DNA of 64,000 bases. Source: an uncultured archaeon. GTDB lineage: Archaea > Thermoplasmatota > Thermoplasmata > Thermoplasmatales > Thermoplasmataceae. Both the position numbers and the translations under genes were made by a program. This document shows positions 58,508 through 64,000 of this stretch, piece by piece; positions within the stretch are counted from its first letter, which is position 1; each line of letters begins with the position of its first letter. The notes beneath the pieces were generated by a model. The model worked only from the letters and a program-made list of their open reading frames with translations. It did no database searches and was not told the DNA's origin. The DNA is taken from assembly GCA_000965745.1 (NCBI GenBank), contig CP009479.1, positions 288,001 to 352,000 of the forward strand, given 5' to 3'.

Positions 58508-59197
58508 ATGTTAGAAAGCCTAGCTTTTTTGTCATTGATATTAAAGGGCAAACCCGGGGAGTCTGAAAAGGATAAGAGTGAGGATGAAGCAATTGAAGAA
58601 TCCATAAGGGCACTCATGGGATATTCAGATAAGGTTGGTGTAACTGTCACTTCTATTGTTGTGAATGAAGACAGTGTTGATAATATACGGGACGCGGTCC
58701 TAGAGCGTCAAAGGGTTCATCCACTATCAGAGTGTTTTTTCAACATAACTGGTGGGAAAAAAGTACTTTCTCTCAACTTGTTCACGATGGCAGTTTGGAT
58801 GGATGCGACTCCGTATTATGTTGACATAAGTGGACATATCTCTGAGTTTTCAATTCCACGTATACATCCTGACAATCTTGATCCAGAAGGACCATATTTC
58901 TCTATACTGTCGATAATGTACTCTTTGAGTAATGAAGGAAATGATTCAGTACTTTACTCAGATGTTTTCCTTAAACTTGGTGAATCATACCGCCCAACGG
59001 TACAAAGAACCAAAGGACGGTATCCCAACCTCAGGAGAGGCACTTTTTCTAAACTGATTCGATACCTTATAGAGCGCGGCCTCCTTGAGGAAGATTTTGT
59101 CGGGGCAGGTCATAGGAGCAAGGAATTGAAGATCACGCGGGATGGAGTGTTCACTTTCAACTTCATTAATGGCCACAATAGTAAAGATAGTCAATAA
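58508..59197 (+). CDS. CARF-like + wHTH regulator (Csa3/DUF6293-like)
   Basis: FNITGGKKVLS CARF-type motif; C-terminal wHTH (FSKLIRYLIERGLL..RSKELKIT.DG); start uncertain. Confidence 0.7.
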   Translation: MLESLAFLSLILKGKPGESEKDKSEDEAIEESIRALMGYSDKVGVTVTSIVVNEDSVDNIRDAVLERQRVHPLSECFFNITGGKKVLSLNLFTMAVWMDATPYYVDISGHISEFSIPRIHPDNLDPEGPYFSILSIMYSLSNEGNDSVLYSDVFLKLGESYRPTVQRTKGRYPNLRRGTFSKLIRYLIERGLLEEDFVGAGHRSKELKITRDGVFTFNFINGHNSKDSQ

Positions 59198-59239
59198 GAC
59201 GCCCCATGCAGAAATGTAGGCACTGCAGCAAATTAGATA

Positions 59240-59312
59240 TGCCGTGAGCCGGGATCGAACCAGCGACCTCCAGATCTTCAGTCTGGCGCTCTCCCTACTG
59301 AGCTATCACGGC
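59240..59312 (-). tRNA. tRNA-Phe(GAA)
   Basis: GCCGTGATAGCTCAGTAGGGAGAGCGCCAGACTGAAGATCTGGAGGTCGCTGGTTCGATCCCGGCTCACGGCA folds as a full cloverleaf. Confidence 0.97.
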
Positions 59313-59492
59313 CTGCTTGTTGATTAGGTGCGTTTATTTAATCCTTCGCAGGGTCCACTGACACAGCGCTCCGATAACCATGAAAGGAGTGTGCATCTGC
59401 CATGTCGGAGAATAGCGAAATACAAGTACAGTTATCGTCGTGAAGTATAAAAACATAAGAATTATACCTTAAAGAAAAGAAAGTGGTACTGG

Positions 59493-60725
59493 TTGTATTC
59501 AAACGTGAATTATCAGCGGTTTGAGAAGAGAGTTTTCATAATCCTCTCAGGTTCAGCGCTAATCAATGCCACTCTAGTTGTAGTGATGGTATCGCTTCCT
59601 TTCCTTCTTGTCACCATGGGACTATCCCTCGCCTTCATGGGTGTTATCGAGGCGGTGGGCCTTCTCACAAACTATGCGGCAAGGATCCCCGCAAAGATAT
59701 ATGTGGAACGCAACGGGTCGGAAGCAGGCATTGCCTCCGGTCTTATAGCCATGGGAGTATCCATGAGCTTCCTTTTCCTTACAAAGAACCTTTCCCTGAT
59801 AATTGCTGCGGTATTCCTCATCAATGTCTCATACACACTTTTCCGGTACGGAATCAGGCCCAAGCTTACCAGAAAGCTCCAGGGGTCCGAAGATGACAGA
59901 ATCCCGTCCTCATACCAGCTCTTCAATGCCATAGGGCCATTCGCCGCCCTTGTGGTTGCAGGCCTTTACACGGGATCGGATGTAAGGCCGATATACGGTG
60001 GAATTTCACTCATCCTCCTCTTCGCGGGCGTTCTGAGCCTCTTTCTCCTGATTTTCAACAAGCCTCCCAGGAACACGAAGCCTCTCAGTTCAAGGTTCAA
60101 CGAACTCATCAGGAAACCAATGATGACCCTGAATGAGATAGGGAAAATAAAGGAAAAAGAATTTCTCCTGGCACTCACGGTAATACAGCTTGTAACCACA
60201 CTGTCCATCGGCGCAGTGCTTGTATTCTTCCCTGCCATGGCAATCAAGGACGGGCTTGGCAGAACAGAGATCTTCTTCCTCTTCGCCATAGTTGGAATTG
60301 CATCGTTCCTGCTCAGTTACGTTGGCAGGCTATTCAGGAGCGAGTTCATCGGAAGGATGTTCTTCCTCACCAGGCCCTTGTTCCTGCTGATCAGCCTGAT
60401 AATAATATCGCTGGGCTACGACCAGATGCTCTTCCTCACAGGATACGCAATAACTGCAGTCTGGTACATGCTGGAGCCGGGGTCAAGATATTTCGCCATG
60501 AGGCAGTTCGAGTACGGGGACCCTGACAAGATAGAGTACCTTTCAGCCATATTCTCAAGGCCAGTGGCCGTCATAGCACCGCTCATGGGGGCACTCCTCT
60601 GGCTTGCATCACCAAGGCTTGTGTTTGCTGTTGCAATATTCCCTACTCTTGTGGCGCTCCTTCTTGCCCACCTTATTGTCAACAGGCCGGAAATCTTCCA
60701 GGGCATCAACCCGGGCAAAAACTGA
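59493..60725 (+). CDS. MFS transporter
   Basis: ~12 hydrophobic segments in a 6+6 arrangement. Confidence 0.75.
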   Translation: MYSNVNYQRFEKRVFIILSGSALINATLVVVMVSLPFLLVTMGLSLAFMGVIEAVGLLTNYAARIPAKIYVERNGSEAGIASGLIAMGVSMSFLFLTKNLSLIIAAVFLINVSYTLFRYGIRPKLTRKLQGSEDDRIPSSYQLFNAIGPFAALVVAGLYTGSDVRPIYGGISLILLFAGVLSLFLLIFNKPPRNTKPLSSRFNELIRKPMMTLNEIGKIKEKEFLLALTVIQLVTTLSIGAVLVFFPAMAIKDGLGRTEIFFLFAIVGIASFLLSYVGRLFRSEFIGRMFFLTRPLFLLISLIIISLGYDQMLFLTGYAITAVWYMLEPGSRYFAMRQFEYGDPDKIEYLSAIFSRPVAVIAPLMGALLWLASPRLVFAVAIFPTLVALLLAHLIVNRPEIFQGINPGKN

Positions 60726-60764
60726 TCACATTTATTTATCTATACTGGATTAACAGGTTGTATT

Positions 60765-61133
60765 ATGATACCCGGAAGAATGAATAACAGAGAAATGAAG
60801 AGAATGATGGCGCAGATGGGCATCAAATCCTCGGAGATGCCGGACGTTAAGACCGTGATTTTCCAGGGGGAGACAAAGGACTACATGATCACCGATGCCC
60901 AGGTCACAATGGTAGAGGCGCAGGGCCAGAAGACTTTCCAGGTAGTGGGAACCTTCAAGGAAATCCCCAAATCCGCAAAGCCGGGCCAGCAGGCAGAAGC
61001 GCCGAAGTACAGCGATGATGACATATCGCTTGTCATGGAAGGGGCGCATGTGGACAGGAATAAGGCCATAGAAGCGCTGGACAAGGCCCAGGGTGAGCCG
61101 GCACAGGCCATAATAGATCTGACCGGCCAATGA
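60765..61133 (+). CDS. nac: Nascent polypeptide-associated complex protein
   Basis: MKRMMAQMGI, QGQKTFQVVG, C-terminal UBA-like domain (DDISLV...A..AL....G..AQAI..L). Confidence 0.93.
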   Translation: MIPGRMNNREMKRMMAQMGIKSSEMPDVKTVIFQGETKDYMITDAQVTMVEAQGQKTFQVVGTFKEIPKSAKPGQQAEAPKYSDDDISLVMEGAHVDRNKAIEALDKAQGEPAQAIIDLTGQ

Positions 61134-62428
61134 TAACCGACTATTCCAGTGCCATAGAGAAGTACACCCCCTCTTCGGAAGAGAGAAAGAAGCTCAGCTC
61201 CATTTCGGATAAAGCAAGGGACTTCATTGATTCGTACTGCTCCAGCGAGGGCATAGATGCAGACGCAGTGCTCGTCGGATCAGTGGCCAAAGGGACAAAC
61301 CTGAAGGGTGCGGACCTTGATCTGTTCATACGGTTTGACAGGAAGTATTCCAGGAAGGAGATGGAAACGTTGGGCCTGGATATAGGCCACAAAGTGCTTT
61401 CCAACGGCATCGAGAGGTATGCGGAGCATCCCTATGTTACAGGGTTCATGGAAGGCGTCAAGCTTGATTTGGTGCCCTGCTACAGGATACTGCCCGGGCA
61501 GAAGAAGGTGAGCTCGGTTGACCGGACTCCCCTGCATACCGAATACGTGAAAACAAACCTTGACAGGTCCCAGCTCTCTGATGTCCTCCTCCTGAAAGTG
61601 TTTGCAAAGAGCATAGGAGTCTATGGTTCAGAGGTTACGACGTCAGGCTTCTCAGGATATATCTGCGAAATTCTAGTGATAGAATACGGATCCTTTGTGA
61701 ATGTCCTCAAGACCTTCGCGGGATGGAAGGGCAGCTTCAAACTGGGAAAGAATGAATATGTCGGGAAATTCAGGGACCCTGTAATCATCATCGACCCGGT
61801 TGACGATGACAGGAATGCCGCAGCTGCAATAAGCCGCGAGAACCTTTCAAGGATGATACTCGCTTCAAAGCTGTTCCTAAAGGGGAAGGAAAAGGATTTC
61901 TTCAATCTGGAGCGGCCCATGGGGCCCTTCAAGAGAGATGACAGGGGTACAGCTATCAGAATATTCTCAGTCCCCAGGCCCGACCTCATTGATGACGTGA
62001 TCTACCCGCAGGCCCTCAGGATGAAGAACTCAATTTGCAGCATACTTGAGAGGGAGGGTTTTGAGCCAATGGACAGCGAGGTGGAAGTCTCTGACAGAGT
62101 GAGGATACTCATAGAATGCAGGAGGGACAGGCCACCTGCTTTTGTCCTGCACAGGGGACCTCCCGTGGACTCGGACAACGTTCTTGACTTCATAGAGACC
62201 TGGAGACACAGGGATGTCCTTCGCGGGCCCTACATAAAAGAGGATAGGCTTTACATAGACCTCAAGGGGGGCAGGAAAAGCATTGAGGAGGCTGTTCTCG
62301 GGGATATCGGCCCGCTCAATATCGGGAAGAGCCTGAACAGATACAAGAGGGAGATCGGGATAGAATCGCCGGACCTCAGTGCCGAAGACCCGCTTCTCCA
62401 GAGATTCCTCGCGAGAGGGCTCTTCTGA
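61130..62428 (+). CDS. cca: Class I CCA-adding enzyme
   Basis: GSVAKGTNL..ADLDLF, YAEHPY, DLVPCY, VDRTPLH, GFSGY. Confidence 0.95.
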   Translation: MITDYSSAIEKYTPSSEERKKLSSISDKARDFIDSYCSSEGIDADAVLVGSVAKGTNLKGADLDLFIRFDRKYSRKEMETLGLDIGHKVLSNGIERYAEHPYVTGFMEGVKLDLVPCYRILPGQKKVSSVDRTPLHTEYVKTNLDRSQLSDVLLLKVFAKSIGVYGSEVTTSGFSGYICEILVIEYGSFVNVLKTFAGWKGSFKLGKNEYVGKFRDPVIIIDPVDDDRNAAAAISRENLSRMILASKLFLKGKEKDFFNLERPMGPFKRDDRGTAIRIFSVPRPDLIDDVIYPQALRMKNSICSILEREGFEPMDSEVEVSDRVRILIECRRDRPPAFVLHRGPPVDSDNVLDFIETWRHRDVLRGPYIKEDRLYIDLKGGRKSIEEAVLGDIGPLNIGKSLNRYKREIGIESPDLSAEDPLLQRFLARGLF

Positions 62429-62430
62429 CC

Positions 62431-62628
62431 CTATCCTCCCGAGAATACTTCCAGGAAGACCACCTCATCACTTTCAGAAACCGTCTCTTCATCAGTGGCC
62501 GGAGAGCCATTGACCAGCGATATGTACTGGTCTTCACGCAGCTTCATGGATTCCCGGAGAGCGCCGACTTTAACGTTCCCGTCTATGTTTTTGCGAACCT
62601 GTTCCCTTCCTACAACTTTTACCGGCAT
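62431..62628 (-). CDS. Ubiquitin-like small archaeal modifier / ThiS-MoaD sulfur carrier
   Basis: Beta-grasp size, VNG, C-terminal VFSGG. Confidence 0.85.
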   Translation of the reverse strand: MPVKVVGREQVRKNIDGNVKVGALRESMKLREDQYISLVNGSPATDEETVSESDEVVFLEVFSGG

Positions 62629-62642
62629 GAAAGTCTCCCTGA

Positions 62643-62715
62643 CAGCCCCGGACAGATTCGAACTGTCGTCGTCGGATTCAAAGTCCGATATGCTTGGCCT
62701 CTACACCACGGGGCT
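62643..62715 (-). tRNA. tRNA-Gln(TTG)
   Basis: AGCCCCGTGGTGTAGAGGCCAAGCATATCGGACTTTGAATCCGACGACGACAGTTCGAATCTGTCCGGGGCTG cloverleaf, A1-U72. Confidence 0.95.
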
Positions 62716-62781
62716 ACTACCTGCGTTAATTTGTGTCACATATATATTTTCATCGGGTGACGGTTTTCCTGCATCACACGT

Positions 62782-63957
62782 TCAGACTCTTTCAACAATT
62801 GCACCGTTTGCCATCCCTCCCCCTTCGCAGATAGCGATCAGGGCCCGGTCCTTTTTGTCCCTCATCATGGTGTTCAGGGTGGTGGCAAGGATCCTCGTTC
62901 CTGTTGCCCCCAGCGGGTGGCCCAGAGCAATCGCTCCCCCATGCGGATTCAGTTTGCCCATGGGAACATCGAAGTGTTTCTGCCATGCAAGGACTACCGG
63001 CGCAAATGCCTCATTCACCTCGAATACATCAATATCATCAATTTCAAGCCCCGCTTTCATGAGCACTTTCTCAGTAACCGGAATCGGCCCCTTGAGCATC
63101 GTAACTGGATCAACCCCGACTGCTCCCAGTGAGATTATTTTCGCCTTGGGTTCCAGGCCATGCCCGCTCAGTGCATTTTCAGACGCAATGACAGAAATGC
63201 TGGCCCCGTCAGAGATCTGGCTTGAGTTTCCCGCTGTTATCAGGTCCAGCCCTTCAAAGGCGGGCTTCAATGAGGCGAGTTTTTCAAGGCTTGTATTCCT
63301 CCTGACACCCTCGTCCGTGTCCATGACCTTCATTTCACCCGGCCCGGATGGATCTTCCACTTCCACCGGAACAATCTCGTGCTTGAAATGCCCTGATGAA
63401 TCCCCTGCATTAACGTGGCTCCTCAGGCTTAACCTGTCAAGCTCTTCCCGGGATATTTCAAACTCCCTGGCAATCATTTCAGCACCCGCTGCCTGGCTGA
63501 ACCATTTTCCCCCCAAGCTGTACCTGTTTTCCAGTGAATCGGTAATTGGGGAACCCCTGGTTTCGATATTTGAGAACATGGGCACCCTTGTCATGGATTC
63601 CACGCCGCCCGCAACGACGAGGTTCTGCATCCCGGACATTATTCCGGATGATGCGAACTGGACGGCCTGAAGGCTTGAACCGCACTGCCTGTCCACGGTT
63701 ACTCCGGGTGTTGTCTCGGGATAACCTGAAGAGAGCCATGCATTCCTCGCGATGTTCGCACCCTGCTCTCCTATCTGGTCTACACAACCGATTATGACAT
63801 CCTCCACCTGTTCCGGCGCAACACCATTTCTTGTGAGCGTCTCCTTCATGAGTCCTGAAAGGAGATCCACAGGGTTTATGCCCCTGAGTGCACCGTTCCT
63901 CCTGCCGAGCGGCGTCCTCAGAGCATCCACAACGTAAGCAGTTTTTATCTCAGCCAT
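62782..63957 (-). CDS. Acetyl-CoA C-acyltransferase (thiolase)
   Basis: RQCGSS, EVNEAFA, GGAIALGHPLGATG, CEGGG. Confidence 0.95.
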   Translation of the reverse strand: MAEIKTAYVVDALRTPLGRRNGALRGINPVDLLSGLMKETLTRNGVAPEQVEDVIIGCVDQIGEQGANIARNAWLSSGYPETTPGVTVDRQCGSSLQAVQFASSGIMSGMQNLVVAGGVESMTRVPMFSNIETRGSPITDSLENRYSLGGKWFSQAAGAEMIAREFEISREELDRLSLRSHVNAGDSSGHFKHEIVPVEVEDPSGPGEMKVMDTDEGVRRNTSLEKLASLKPAFEGLDLITAGNSSQISDGASISVIASENALSGHGLEPKAKIISLGAVGVDPVTMLKGPIPVTEKVLMKAGLEIDDIDVFEVNEAFAPVVLAWQKHFDVPMGKLNPHGGAIALGHPLGATGTRILATTLNTMMRDKKDRALIAICEGGGMANGAIVERV

Positions 63958-64000
63958 TTAAATGCCCCTATTATTGACTGGATTACTACAAAACCTTATA

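Larger units (their letters stand above)
55721..59252. mobile_element. ~3.5 kb element integrated at the 3' end of tRNA-Phe
   Basis: 14 bp direct repeat ATGCCGTGAGCCGG at 55721-55734 and 59239-59252; integrase next to the distal repeat. Confidence 0.75.

Noticed and set aside
62495-63670. 391 aa plus-strand ORF and similar long antisense ORFs
   Set aside because: Shadow frames of the thiolase, tRNA and other well-supported genes.

Overview
Archaeal chromosome segment, most likely from a Thermoplasmatales-type organism. This is inferred from the archaeal NAC, class I CCA-adding enzyme, SAMP, TATA-box and leaderless gene starts, and intronless tRNAs without encoded CCA. Two GC-richer housekeeping blocks flank a ~36 kb, mostly AT-rich accessory island (~23.4-59.3 kb). 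Left block: ilvE 3' end, a TDO-like heme oxygenase, a fatty-acid beta-oxidation cluster (FadF-like Fe-S protein, dienoyl-CoA reductase, EtfAB, thiolase, two acyl-CoA dehydrogenases), a DtxR-metal transporter unit and ilvB-ilvH-ilvC. Right block: tRNA-Phe, MFS, NAC, CCA enzyme, SAMP, tRNA-Gln and a thiolase. The two most striking signals are not in the ORF track. (1) Three gap-free, direct ~165-185 bp repeats, each made of the 3' half of tRNA-Lys(CUU) plus a conserved motif-bearing arm, divide the island into cargo units. No intact tRNA-Lys or intact integrase is present, so this looks like a tRNA-derived att/cassette array loaded with defence and TA genes. (2) A leaderless 24-codon Val/Ile/Leu-rich leader peptide with an anti-Shine-Dalgarno pairing lies upstream of ilvB, a candidate ribosome-mediated attenuator in an archaeon. 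Island cargo includes a three-gene SIR2 operon, a large NDT-domain protein, an HsdR-N nuclease, four TA pairs, a plasmid-like replicon relic, a PadR-regulated decarboxylase/Mo-hydroxylase operon, a GT2 synthase, several IS elements and a small tRNA-Phe-integrated element. All family assignments come from motif recognition by eye, without database searches.
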